Positions 1 through 9,798 of a DNA stretch of 64,000 bases are shown one piece after another (position 1 is the first letter of the stretch; every line of letters starts with the position of its first letter). Both the position numbers and the translations under genes were made by a program. The notes under the pieces are model-generated. The model was not told where the DNA came from and made no database searches. It saw only the letters and a program-made list of their open reading frames with translations. The DNA comes from an uncultured virus (IMG/VR IMGVR_UViG_3300035498_001541) (lineage: Duplodnaviria; Heunggongvirae; Uroviricota; Caudoviricetes). The stretch lies in IMG/VR virus record IMGVR_UViG_3300035498_001541. One strand, 5' to 3'.

Positions 1-872
1 TCTGAATCAACACAAGCCTGAATAGCAGCACCGACAGTCTGCATACTTCCTGTGCTAATATCATCCATCTTCAGAAGAACCTTGTTGTAAATACTGGTAC
101 AAATATTCTTCTTCAGTTTGTAGAACTCATCACTCGTGTCATAGCTAAACTGATAGTAGCTTCCGGCTGACATAACTTTATCAACGCCCTCTGCTAAATC
201 TACCTCAACCAGACGCTTAGCACCTCTTGCCATTGCATTTGCAACATTACCGAATCCCTGTAACAGAGTCCCGTTAAAGCCAATGGCAAAGAAGAAAATA
301 GACATAATCGTAGGAATACTTACCTTTAAAACATAGGTAGTTAATGTATCATCTTCCTGCAGATTATACATCATCTTCTCCGGATTGTAGTCCGAATATG
401 CCTTGATATCCGGCAACAGAGAAAGTAAAAATCCGACAATGGCATCAAGACCAACACCATAGTTACCCTGGAAAACCTCGCGGCCCATTGCACCGAAGCC
501 AAAGAACTTCTGGCCCCTGCCATGCTGTTTAAGGTCGTATACTCTGTCAAAGATAGCTTCATTACTCTTGTACAGCATTGTCAAAATCAATCTAAATGCC
601 GTCAGTACAAGACCAATCAAGCAAAATGCTGAAATCAAAAAGTTCAGTAATTTACCTAACCAGTTAAATTTAGAGAAAACTTCCCAGCTTCCAGTAAAAG
701 CTGTTGTCTCAAACAAATCCGTAAGTTCTGTACCATCTGCTGCGTGAGTAATCTCAGGAATCACAAAAGCACTCGCAATCAACATAACATACAGCAGTAA
801 GATTACATTGAAACGCTGCAGTACTAAAGGATTGATTTGAAATTCTTTCGCATTTTTCGCTTTAATACCCAT
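1..872 (-). CDS. Multi-pass membrane protein, 3'-partial (absent from the ORF track)
   Basis: Hand translation from ATG 872 (AGGAGG at 881-886): MGIKAKNAKEFQINPLVLQRFNVILLLYVMLIASAFVIPEITHAADG...WLGKLLNFLISAFCLIGLVLT...LLSLLPDIKAYSDY...IPTIMSIFFFAIGFNG. Open to the window edge; signal peptide plus several hydrophobic segments. Confidence 0.85.
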   Translation of the reverse strand, partial: MGIKAKNAKEFQINPLVLQRFNVILLLYVMLIASAFVIPEITHAADGTELTDLFETTAFTGSWEVFSKFNWLGKLLNFLISAFCLIGLVLTAFRLILTMLYKSNEAIFDRVYDLKQHGRGQKFFGFGAMGREVFQGNYGVGLDAIVGFLLSLLPDIKAYSDYNPEKMMYNLQEDDTLTTYVLKVSIPTIMSIFFFAIGFNGTLLQGFGNVANAMARGAKRLVEVDLAEGVDKVMSAGSYYQFSYDTSDEFYKLKKNICTSIYNKVLLKMDDISTGSMQTVGAAIQACVDS

Positions 873-884
873 AATTAATCCCTC

Positions 885-3800
885 CTAATTAAAGTTAATT
901 GCTACCAACATTACTAGCGTGCACATCAACATAATGGCACAAACCCTAGCTAATGGAGGATCATCGTCAAGTGAATAAATACCAAAGGTTAAAAACTTTA
1001 TTAAATCAAAACCACGTTGGGCTGATCTATTAGGTCCGGCTGCTAAAGCTTCTAGCAGAATCCTTAAACCTGCATGGTGAATCGCTAAGTATGCAATCCA
1101 GCTCATCACCACTAAGTAAGCAGCAATACACGTTATCACCATCAAGAACAAACTCTTAAAGTCACCCGCAAGAGCTTTCTGATAGTTTCTAACAAATTTA
1201 TTCTTTGCATTAGTAAAAGCAATAGACGGATTATACCTTGAACTGCTCACACTGATATCTGCGTACTGATCATCCTCATAGCTCAAACTTTCTGTATAGA
1301 ATGATGGTAAATCATCCCCTGTTCCGTAATTTCCAGAAGCAGTCGTACTAGTAAGCGTGTAGATTGTCTTCTCTGAATTGATGGGACGAACCTTCAGCTT
1401 ACCATCCAGTTTCAGCCTAATCGTCGTCATTGCATACCTACCAACTTCCGTTCCGGAAACTTTCTGCTTTGACTTCTTTTTCTTGTACCCGTATGCTTTG
1501 TTGTTCTCAGTATAAATCAATCCATACTTTCTGGTATTCTTCGTATTTCGTAGCGGTCCAACCTGTATACCGCTACTTGAGCCTTTCTTTCCTTTGTCCT
1601 TAATATAATTTGTGAAAGGATAGGCTCGACCATCGCACAGAACCACTAAATCCTTGAACGTGCTCTTTACAACAGACTTAAATCCTTTCTCATCCTTTGC
1701 TTTGTTAGTCCATTTTGCAGCATAGTTCCTAAGACCTTTTCTTGCTCCAATACTTCTAACTGCAACAGATGTAAGCCATTTGTTGCTGGAATCATCCTGC
1801 TTAGAATCACTATCAACAAAGAAACGAATATCGCCAATAGTAATCATATCGCCGGCATTCAACTCACTGAGATTTGTTGTCTGTACATAGTTAGCAATAA
1901 TAGACTCCTGCAAAGACTTCGTAATACTGTATGGATAATAGTTTCCGAAGCAAATAGCAGAAGACTTCTTGTGATGTGACAGCATACAGTCATTATCAGT
2001 TGTTGTACCACTTGATGCACCGGTCGTAGTGCTGTCCTCTGTGTAAACCGTCCATTCATCAACAGACAAATAGAAAACAGGAACACCATAAATTGTCTTC
2101 TTGTCATCAGACGTAGAACTACCAATAGCATTCACACGAAGAGAGCTATCTGGAGCAGACATATTCTGCAACTCTTCTCTTGTTGCCAATTTATTCTTAT
2201 CAGTATTTTTCTTAGAGTATACAGTGTTACTATGCTCCTTATTAGTCTTAGCTCTCAGCTTCAAACCAAAGAAATTCAAAGCTTCGTATAAAGTATTACG
2301 ATTGGTAGGCTTCTTGTTCACAATTTTATTTCTTGCACTAGTATCGTAGTCGTAGATTACAGTATTCTTTCCAACACAGCTAAGATTTCTTAGAGTAAAG
2401 CCATACAGTGTATCCTGATTGCTAAAGTGAAACGCGTAGTTATAGTCAAAATGGTATGGATGAGTCTTTGTCCCCAAGTACTCCTGTGCCCATGCATCCC
2501 AAACATCGCTGTACCCGTAATCAATCTTACTGGTAGTCAGCTGTTTATTCTTGTATGGTACAAACTTTGGATATACAGCTGTACCATCCCCACCTGACCA
2601 CAGCAACTTACCACCATTGTACAGTTCACTCGTTGTGTCTCTTACAATAGGTTTATCATATGGAACAAAAAGCAAATATGTTTGCTCAACAGTCTTCTTT
2701 TTCTTCTTAGTACTAATAGTCTTTGTCCCAACATACAACATCTTGTGATTTGTACCATTAGCATTATAGGTCACAGTAGTAGACCCAGCATTCAAACTAG
2801 CCTGTGAGGTAGTTCTCGTCTTCATCTTAATAAGACTAACTTTGCCTTTGGAATTTAGATTGTATACAACTCTCGTATCAGAGTCTAAATCCCTGTAAAC
2901 TACACCTGAAGCTGTTCTGAAATAGTGCTGGTCAACACTGTTTCCTGCCCAACTTGCATAGAACGTACCATCACCATTGGACTTATCTTTTCCATAGCAG
3001 AAACTAACCGTTCTGTAATCAGTAACCATACTCTGCAAAATTGAAGCTTCTTCTTCTGTTAAATCCATATCTGCAAAAGCCTCAGTCGGACTGAAGAATT
3101 TCTGATACCATGTCTTGATATCATCACCAAAGTACGCTGCCAACAAACTCTCATTGGAACTTGTACCATTGGAATCCCATGTCTGTGCTTTAAGTGGGTC
3201 TGACTTACGATTAAACATTGTGTTAATCCACTTAATATGTGAAGAACTACAACTGCTTGGCATCAGAATACTAATAGACGGAACTAAATACCCAGTGTTC
3301 ACATAGCAAACACCAGTGGTCCCGTAGACATAGTTACACAGCATATTACTTGCCATATAATTGCTATCCCACCAGTTCTCCAAAATCTTACTATTGGTAG
3401 GTCTTGTATACAACTCGGTCTGCAGAGTATTATCTGAATCACCAGTCGTAATGGCATCATACAAATCTGACACGCTCTCAAAATCCTCAACAGCAGGTAT
3501 TGCAAACTTCCAATCTATCACTAAGGTCAGTGTCTTTGTCTTTCCACCTAAAGAGCACTTGAAATCCTTTACAATTGTATTGATACCCTCTGTCACTGAA
3601 TTCACATTGTACATGTACAGAGTTTGTCCCTTACTATAAGTAGAGTCTTCTTCCTCTGACTTACCATCATCTGTACTAACAAGGTCTCCGTTAGCCAACT
3701 TAGCAAACTTCTTTGTCAGAGTGAAATTAGTTACGACTGCTTTACCAAAGTTAGCATCGTATTCAGACCTTACAACTGCTTTGTAATCCGCAACGGTGTC

Positions 3801-6260
3801 AGAGTTAGTAACAATTGCTCCTGTACCCAACTTCTGCTGAAAACTATCCTCTAAAATAGACTGAATAATCTTCATGTTGTAATACACTTCTCCGGACTCA
3901 TCAGTGTCTGTCATCAAGAACTCATCCTTGGTGAGAATTACAGTGTTACCAACTAAAGCGTATCCACTATCCGGCAAAATCACTGCCTGTGCCCCTGTCA
4001 CAGTATTCACAAGTACTTTGTCCTCAATCACTGAAATGTTACTCCATGTCTGCTTCATGGAACTCTGTGATACCATTGTGTATGTCGGGTCAGCTGACCC
4101 TGCTTTCTTTACCTTTGTCACAGCTGTAAGCTTTTTCGTATTAGCATCCACTGGGCACTTAAGATTCTTTTCAACTTTCTTTAAAGCTCCCGCGGCAGAA
4201 CCTGCCTTTACACTAAATACTACTTTGTAGCAAGGAACAGATGAACCATTAAACTTCGTATTTGTCACTTTAATACTCTTGATATCTGAAGGCTTATCTC
4301 CGCCATTCACAATATCAGAAAGCTTAGTAGTTCCGTATTTCCATGCTATACTCTTTGCTAAACGCTTTGTTACCAGATACGATGATGTATCAGCAGCTAA
4401 AGCTATCGGCACATCTATTGCCTGCTTGCTAAAGCTTGCTAAGCTCATCAGACTAAGCTCACCAATACTCACCTGTGCAACAGTTGTAACACTATCACTA
4501 CTTCCGCTCTTCTCTACGCTACCTTCATCCTGCGTAAATCCAGCAGCAACAGAGTATACAGCTAAATCATTAGCTCCGTACCCATTACTCTGCCAGAAGC
4601 TCTCGCCATCCGTCAGAGTAATCTTACTGAAATCATACCGGGCATCCTCATTAGCAACTCTGTAAAGAAGCTGATAAAGCTTTGCATAAGTTACTCTACT
4701 ATCAAGGTCGGAGTATTGGTCTCCGTCCTCAAAGCTCAAAATACCTTTTGAAATCAGAAAGCTCAAAGTCTTCTGTTGCTTTTCTGTGTAGGCTGACAAG
4801 TAGGTAATCCCGTATTTGTAAGTAATGATATCAGCTTCTGTATCAGTAATATCATCCTCTGAAATCCTGAGAACATCCTCAATATATTCTAAAGCTTCAC
4901 CATACGTAATAGACTCTGAATTAAAATACTTTGGATTCCTTGCTGTAATAGTGCCGCCCTTTGTGTACTTAATACTCTGTCCTAAAGCCTGGCTAACATT
5001 AGAATCGCAAAGACCACTCTCATTCCACCAAACTGGAGTAGTTCCCTTGGACAGCTTATTTATTGCTGAAGTGAAAGCCCTACCTGGACTGTCAGTTTCT
5101 CCAAACAAATTACCAGAATCTTCGTTATCACTGCGGAACTCATTCTTGTAAATGATTCCCTTATCTAACAGTGCTTTAAAGTACAGCTCGTATACATTGT
5201 TGCTTACATAGTAGTAATAGTCACCACTAGTAAAATCAGCATTATCTTTTCGCTTTGTTGTATCCCAGTAATCTCTTACAACCTTGTGACCATCAGTAGT
5301 CGTATAATACTTATTCAACTTGGTTATCAGCTTACCATCTTCCCACCAAGTACCGGTTGATTCACTGTACGTATTAGCATTTCTCACTGCAGTCTTGTTA
5401 AACACAATAGGTCTTGACTGAATAGAACCCCAAACAGACTTGTACAGCAACATCAGCAAATCAGATTTCCTAACCTTATCAGAATCAGCAACCACCATAT
5501 TATCATAGTGCATTTCCATAAGCTCTTTGAATTCTTCCATAGAACTCTCAAGCTCATCATGATAATTCTCTGAACTAGTCTTTCCAAGCCTGTAGTCTAA
5601 ATCTGCTGTTATCTCTTTGGTCTCTTCCTCTATCTCACTAAGCTGGTCATCAGTAAGCATCTTAGCTTCTTTCATCAGAGTAATAAGACCACCAGAACCA
5701 GTATCGCTCAAAACTGCATCTACATAATTCTCAAAAGCATTCTCGACTTTGGAAATCTTAGGGCTATCTGTATCAACGCTGTTCAAGCACTTGTTGTACT
5801 TTGTTGTAAACATCTTGTTCCAGCGAAGTTTTACATCCTCGTATCTGGTTGCACTCCACATACCGGTACTACTATCGTATGTCACAACCTCTTTTCTTGA
5901 AAGAATGTTATTGTTAATCAAATAAGACTTAGCAACCGCAACATCGGAGAGCTCACTCTTCTCGCTATCCTCATTTGTGTCTTGATAGCTATTTGTTCCA
6001 TTCACTAAATCTCTTGATGTACTTGTGATAACATACTTGTCAGACTCATCAGCTTCAATCTTACTCAAATAGCTGTATTGCATTAAACTGAGAATATCCT
6101 GCTGACTCTTCTCCGACAGTTTATAATCAATAGCAGTTACAGCATCGTTGATAGAGTGTGCTGCTGAAGTCGTATATCCATAAGTTCCTGCACTAACGCT
6201 TGCAGAATTCTGTAAACCCAGCATTAAAAGTAACGAACCTACTATCAAAGCTTTCTTCAA
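885..6260 (-). CDS. Very large secreted, C-terminally membrane-anchored surface protein with degenerate SLH-like motifs (~1791 aa)
   Basis: Probable TTG start at 6260 after AGGGGGTG (track uses GTG 6269). Signal peptide MKKALIVGSLLLMLGLQNSASVSA. SLH-like segments LISKGILSF...VTYAKLYQLLYRV, LLDKGII, ITYGEALEYI. Two hydrophobic segments at the C-terminus. Confidence 0.8.
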   Translation of the reverse strand: MKKALIVGSLLLMLGLQNSASVSAGTYGYTTSAAHSINDAVTAIDYKLSEKSQQDILSLMQYSYLSKIEADESDKYVITSTSRDLVNGTNSYQDTNEDSEKSELSDVAVAKSYLINNNILSRKEVVTYDSSTGMWSATRYEDVKLRWNKMFTTKYNKCLNSVDTDSPKISKVENAFENYVDAVLSDTGSGGLITLMKEAKMLTDDQLSEIEEETKEITADLDYRLGKTSSENYHDELESSMEEFKELMEMHYDNMVVADSDKVRKSDLLMLLYKSVWGSIQSRPIVFNKTAVRNANTYSESTGTWWEDGKLITKLNKYYTTTDGHKVVRDYWDTTKRKDNADFTSGDYYYYVSNNVYELYFKALLDKGIIYKNEFRSDNEDSGNLFGETDSPGRAFTSAINKLSKGTTPVWWNESGLCDSNVSQALGQSIKYTKGGTITARNPKYFNSESITYGEALEYIEDVLRISEDDITDTEADIITYKYGITYLSAYTEKQQKTLSFLISKGILSFEDGDQYSDLDSRVTYAKLYQLLYRVANEDARYDFSKITLTDGESFWQSNGYGANDLAVYSVAAGFTQDEGSVEKSGSSDSVTTVAQVSIGELSLMSLASFSKQAIDVPIALAADTSSYLVTKRLAKSIAWKYGTTKLSDIVNGGDKPSDIKSIKVTNTKFNGSSVPCYKVVFSVKAGSAAGALKKVEKNLKCPVDANTKKLTAVTKVKKAGSADPTYTMVSQSSMKQTWSNISVIEDKVLVNTVTGAQAVILPDSGYALVGNTVILTKDEFLMTDTDESGEVYYNMKIIQSILEDSFQQKLGTGAIVTNSDTVADYKAVVRSEYDANFGKAVVTNFTLTKKFAKLANGDLVSTDDGKSEEEDSTYSKGQTLYMYNVNSVTEGINTIVKDFKCSLGGKTKTLTLVIDWKFAIPAVEDFESVSDLYDAITTGDSDNTLQTELYTRPTNSKILENWWDSNYMASNMLCNYVYGTTGVCYVNTGYLVPSISILMPSSCSSSHIKWINTMFNRKSDPLKAQTWDSNGTSSNESLLAAYFGDDIKTWYQKFFSPTEAFADMDLTEEEASILQSMVTDYRTVSFCYGKDKSNGDGTFYASWAGNSVDQHYFRTASGVVYRDLDSDTRVVYNLNSKGKVSLIKMKTRTTSQASLNAGSTTVTYNANGTNHKMLYVGTKTISTKKKKKTVEQTYLLFVPYDKPIVRDTTSELYNGGKLLWSGGDGTAVYPKFVPYKNKQLTTSKIDYGYSDVWDAWAQEYLGTKTHPYHFDYNYAFHFSNQDTLYGFTLRNLSCVGKNTVIYDYDTSARNKIVNKKPTNRNTLYEALNFFGLKLRAKTNKEHSNTVYSKKNTDKNKLATREELQNMSAPDSSLRVNAIGSSTSDDKKTIYGVPVFYLSVDEWTVYTEDSTTTGASSGTTTDNDCMLSHHKKSSAICFGNYYPYSITKSLQESIIANYVQTTNLSELNAGDMITIGDIRFFVDSDSKQDDSSNKWLTSVAVRSIGARKGLRNYAAKWTNKAKDEKGFKSVVKSTFKDLVVLCDGRAYPFTNYIKDKGKKGSSSGIQVGPLRNTKNTRKYGLIYTENNKAYGYKKKKSKQKVSGTEVGRYAMTTIRLKLDGKLKVRPINSEKTIYTLTSTTASGNYGTGDDLPSFYTESLSYEDDQYADISVSSSRYNPSIAFTNAKNKFVRNYQKALAGDFKSLFLMVITCIAAYLVVMSWIAYLAIHHAGLRILLEALAAGPNRSAQRGFDLIKFLTFGIYSLDDDPPLARVCAIMLMCTLVMLVAINFN

Positions 6261-6265
6261 AATAG

Positions 6266-6703
6266 TCACCCCCTAACAACTTTCTTGGAGACACGAATTA
6301 GAAATGGCATATCTTTAAAAGCCTTTCGTACATCTGTGTTCTCTGGAACCAACTCTATTGAGTAAGGTAAAAAGTCTTTGTGTTTAAGTACCCTTTTTAA
6401 GGAATACTTGTATGAAGCATCAACTGAAATAACAACGCTCTTACACACCTCGTCCTTACCACTCATAGAAGTATTCCGGATAAGCTCTTTGTAAATCTGT
6501 GCAAGAAGAAGGTCTTTCAATTTCTCATCCCTCTGCATCAAACGAATATTATCCTCTTCCAAGCGTCTATTAAGACCTGTCTTGTAGAAATCAGTGTTAT
6601 GCCACATAGTGAGAAAGCCAGCCTGTATCTTGCCTAAAGGTTTGAGCTTTCTCAAATTCACTGATGCTTCAACGTCTAATTCTCTTCGTATTTTTACTCT
6701 CAT
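6266..6703 (-). CDS. Hypothetical protein (145 aa)
   Basis: ORF coupled to both neighbours; no motif recognised. Confidence 0.75.
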   Translation of the reverse strand: MRVKIRRELDVEASVNLRKLKPLGKIQAGFLTMWHNTDFYKTGLNRRLEEDNIRLMQRDEKLKDLLLAQIYKELIRNTSMSGKDEVCKSVVISVDASYKYSLKRVLKHKDFLPYSIELVPENTDVRKAFKDMPFLIRVSKKVVRG

Positions 6704-6705
6704 AC

Positions 6706-7914
6706 TTAATTAAACTGGTCTAATGATTTCGTTGACAAAGGCTTAAGTTTTCCGCGATAATCGCTCTGTTCAAAAGACGTAGCCTCCATCACTGCTTTTC
6801 TTGCTTCCACTTTTTCTTTTGCTGCTGTACTAGTATTCATAGTTACAACCTGACTCAATGTCTTTCCCTGTAAGACACTACGCAACTTAATAACAGCAAG
6901 CTTCACATCAGACTCAGTGCTATCCTTTCTCAGACCTTCAATGATCTGTATTATTTTTTGTAGTTCAACACTACTAATAAGGTTCTGTATTTCTCTAGCT
7001 TCCGATGCAGTGAAGTCGCACTTCACACCACCATCAATCAGAAAAGCTGCATCAACACAGAAATCCCTAAGTGACCTCACAAAAACATCTGTTGTCACTT
7101 TATCAATACAATCTTCCAACAGCTCTATCACAGTAGAAAAGCTGGAAAATTTCATTGCATTAAACAATGAGATAAACTCTCCGGTTCCAATCTCCTGCAA
7201 ATAGTCTCGCATCTCTTCAACACTGACATAGTTCTCCGAGGCAAAGTCTATAAGCTTCTCAATATCTCTTGGTATTCCTTTACTGTTCTTTACAATCATA
7301 GAAACAATTTCACCAGAAACAGTAACGTGCTTCTCGCTTGCAATCTTCTTGGCTAAGATTGTCGATTCCTTCTTGTTAAGACGGTTGAAAGTAAAAGGAA
7401 TTGCCCTGCTCCTCAAATCATTTGGGATATCATGAACTGCAGTTGTGCACATAATAATATAAACACCTTTGGGCATCTTATCTATCTCAGCAAGAAAGGC
7501 AGTAAATCCGCCCCTAATATTCTTGATAGCATGTGCTTCCTCAAAAATATACACCTGTTTACCATTGCCACTCTGCAAAACGAAAACATCCTTAATCAGA
7601 CTTTCAATATCCTCGAACTTACTTGTCTTTCCGAGATTCACTACCTTAACGTATGGTGAAACACCAACTTCTTCCAGTGCAAGCTTATTGGCTTTGCAGG
7701 CTTCGCACTCCAAACAGGGCTCCCCATCTACAGGATTCTGGCACGTCAGAGTCATTGCAGCAATTCCTGCACACGTACTCTTTCCAGTACCCAATACACC
7801 ACCGAAAATCGTGAACTTTTTAAACGTTTCATAGGTAAGTGATCTTTTCAGCAAATTGATAGTTGATGCATTACCTACGAGTGAACTAAACTTATATTTT
7901 CTCATAAAAGGCAT
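6706..7914 (-). CDS. dnaX: DNA polymerase III clamp-loader gamma/tau-like AAA+ ATPase
   Basis: RKYK-F-SLVG N-terminus, Walker A GVLGTGKST, Zn module CQNPVDGEPCLECEAC, Walker B YIFEEAH, sensor LRSRA, G-PRD motif. Confidence 0.9.
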   Translation of the reverse strand: MPFMRKYKFSSLVGNASTINLLKRSLTYETFKKFTIFGGVLGTGKSTCAGIAAMTLTCQNPVDGEPCLECEACKANKLALEEVGVSPYVKVVNLGKTSKFEDIESLIKDVFVLQSGNGKQVYIFEEAHAIKNIRGGFTAFLAEIDKMPKGVYIIMCTTAVHDIPNDLRSRAIPFTFNRLNKKESTILAKKIASEKHVTVSGEIVSMIVKNSKGIPRDIEKLIDFASENYVSVEEMRDYLQEIGTGEFISLFNAMKFSSFSTVIELLEDCIDKVTTDVFVRSLRDFCVDAAFLIDGGVKCDFTASEAREIQNLISSVELQKIIQIIEGLRKDSTESDVKLAVIKLRSVLQGKTLSQVVTMNTSTAAKEKVEARKAVMEATSFEQSDYRGKLKPLSTKSLDQFN

Positions 7915-7928
7915 AACCCCCTAAACGC

Positions 7929-7957
7929 AAAATAAGGGGACGGTTTTCGCCCCCTTA
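7929..7957 (-). terminator. Intrinsic terminator after the 553-aa gene
   Basis: Minus strand TAAGGGGGCG-AAAAC-CGTCCCCTTA followed by TTTT. Confidence 0.7.
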
Positions 7958-8049
7958 CTCAAAATTAGGATAGAGCCCTTTTCAAGCTCTACCCCACGTA
8001 ATATTTTTAACAACCAGTCTACGCTGGTCTATCACCGGTCAATGGTCAA

Positions 8050-9711
8050 TTAAGCAAGCTCAATCTCCATAGCCAGGTCGGACAGAGACTTGCTTCCGCC
8101 CTCAACAGAAACCTCTGAAGACAGAATAGACTTAAGGTAATCTGCTGCAGATACAACCTCTTTCTTCTTCTTGGAAGCTCTGTTGGATTTTGTAAATTTC
8201 TGAACCTCTTTGATGAAGTCGCTCGGGTCCATCTTAGTAGCCTGAATCAGATGAGCATATGTCTCCTGAGGACCGCCTGCCTCTCCAAGAGTAGTATACT
8301 CAAACGGATAGGTCTTCTTGCTGCCGTCTTTGGAAAGTTTCTCTCTGCGGACCGGAATGCGTACATCAGTAATCACATCATCATCACTTGAGCTGTCATA
8401 GCGTGTAACATTGATAGGAGTACCGTCATTAAACCATGTGGTCTCGAAGCTTCCGTCCGGTTTCTTACGAACCTCGGTCTTAGCCTCATCGCAAAGAGCA
8501 TCATACTTGGAATCATCCTTGCACAGTGCCTGTGCATGAAGGTTCAGCATCTTAACATCATCTGCACTGAGAGAGCCGGTAGAAACAGTCTTGTAAGTTC
8601 TGAGCGGGAAGTAGTTAGTCTCAGTAAGGAGAGACTTTCTGTGCTCCTTGTTGCCCAAAACGAAAGATGCAGCGAGGAAATCGCTGGTAGCTCCAGTAGC
8701 CTTATCTTTCTTGTGTCTCATCGTGTACTTCAGCTCAATGTCAGAAGCCGTAGCACCAACAATGCTCTCGTCCTCTTTAATACCGCCGTTGAAGTTTGAA
8801 GAAATGTAAGCATAAGCCTGCTCCTTAGAAAGCAGATGATAACGAAGGGTTGTATCATTGCTTACATCAACGTTTCCGTCACCCTGTACCTGTGACAGAG
8901 AAATATCGGAACCTGCCGGAACAGAAAGAGCAACACCAACAATAGCGCCGGGCTTAGCACTTCTGAATTTCAGGAACTTCTTTGTCTCTGACAATGACAT
9001 AGGCGGCTGCTTTGTGCCATCACTGTATTTCTGCTTATCCTCTTCGGATGCGTCTTTTCTTAAAACTCTCTTGCCGTCTGCACCTTTTACCGGAACATTT
9101 ACGGTAGCCAAACGAATTGCTGAATCCTGACGGGTAACGAAGAAAAGTAAACGACCGAGCTTCTTATTCTGAATGTAAGCACGAGAACGATCCGTTAAAG
9201 CAATATTCTGAGTTTTCTGACGAATGTCACGAACCTCTTTCTCCTTTGCTGTAAGGTCTTTGCCGTTAACTGTTGCCGGTGCGGGAGTAGCTGCTCCTGC
9301 ATTAAGAATGTCTGAACTGAATGAGCTCATGTCTGATGATGGATTAATTCCTGCCATACTATTATCCTCCTTAACATTTTTTGTTGTTTTGGGCTTTACC
9401 CCAATTCTCTTAGTAGTTACCAAACTCCCAGTTTCCGAGAGCTTCATAAAGGAAAATCCCTTGTTCTTTTTCCAATAGCCGATAATGGTATCATTACCAG
9501 AGTAAACTGCACTTGCCTCTTTAGCGGGCTTTCTCTTTGTCGTGGCTATCCATTTGTAATCATCGAGCACAACGACCTTCTCATTATTGCTTTGTTCCTC
9601 CTCGGTCAACTGTCTAAAAGAACTAATGGTAATCAAATCATTATTGGGAACCCTTACAACATCCAAGCTGCTGGGCACAGCACCAATACGTCTTAAATCT
9701 TCCAATTCCAT
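8050..9711 (-). CDS. Hypothetical lysine-rich protein (553 aa) with a strong internal in-frame start at 9357
   Basis: SD AGAAAGGA before ATG 9711; second SD AAGGAGG before in-frame ATG 9357; no family recognised. Confidence 0.85.
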   Translation of the reverse strand: MELEDLRRIGAVPSSLDVVRVPNNDLITISSFRQLTEEEQSNNEKVVVLDDYKWIATTKRKPAKEASAVYSGNDTIIGYWKKNKGFSFMKLSETGSLVTTKRIGVKPKTTKNVKEDNSMAGINPSSDMSSFSSDILNAGAATPAPATVNGKDLTAKEKEVRDIRQKTQNIALTDRSRAYIQNKKLGRLLFFVTRQDSAIRLATVNVPVKGADGKRVLRKDASEEDKQKYSDGTKQPPMSLSETKKFLKFRSAKPGAIVGVALSVPAGSDISLSQVQGDGNVDVSNDTTLRYHLLSKEQAYAYISSNFNGGIKEDESIVGATASDIELKYTMRHKKDKATGATSDFLAASFVLGNKEHRKSLLTETNYFPLRTYKTVSTGSLSADDVKMLNLHAQALCKDDSKYDALCDEAKTEVRKKPDGSFETTWFNDGTPINVTRYDSSSDDDVITDVRIPVRREKLSKDGSKKTYPFEYTTLGEAGGPQETYAHLIQATKMDPSDFIKEVQKFTKSNRASKKKKEVVSAADYLKSILSSEVSVEGGSKSLSDLAMEIELA

Positions 9712-9798
9712 ACCATCATTTCCTTTCTACTGATTTATAATTAAGAGCCCTTGGAAACCAGGCTTCTTAACCAAAGCAAGAACCCGAAAATTCATTCG

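Noticed and set aside
371..562. 63-aa minus-strand ORF
   Set aside because: Out-of-frame shadow inside the real membrane-protein gene starting at 872.
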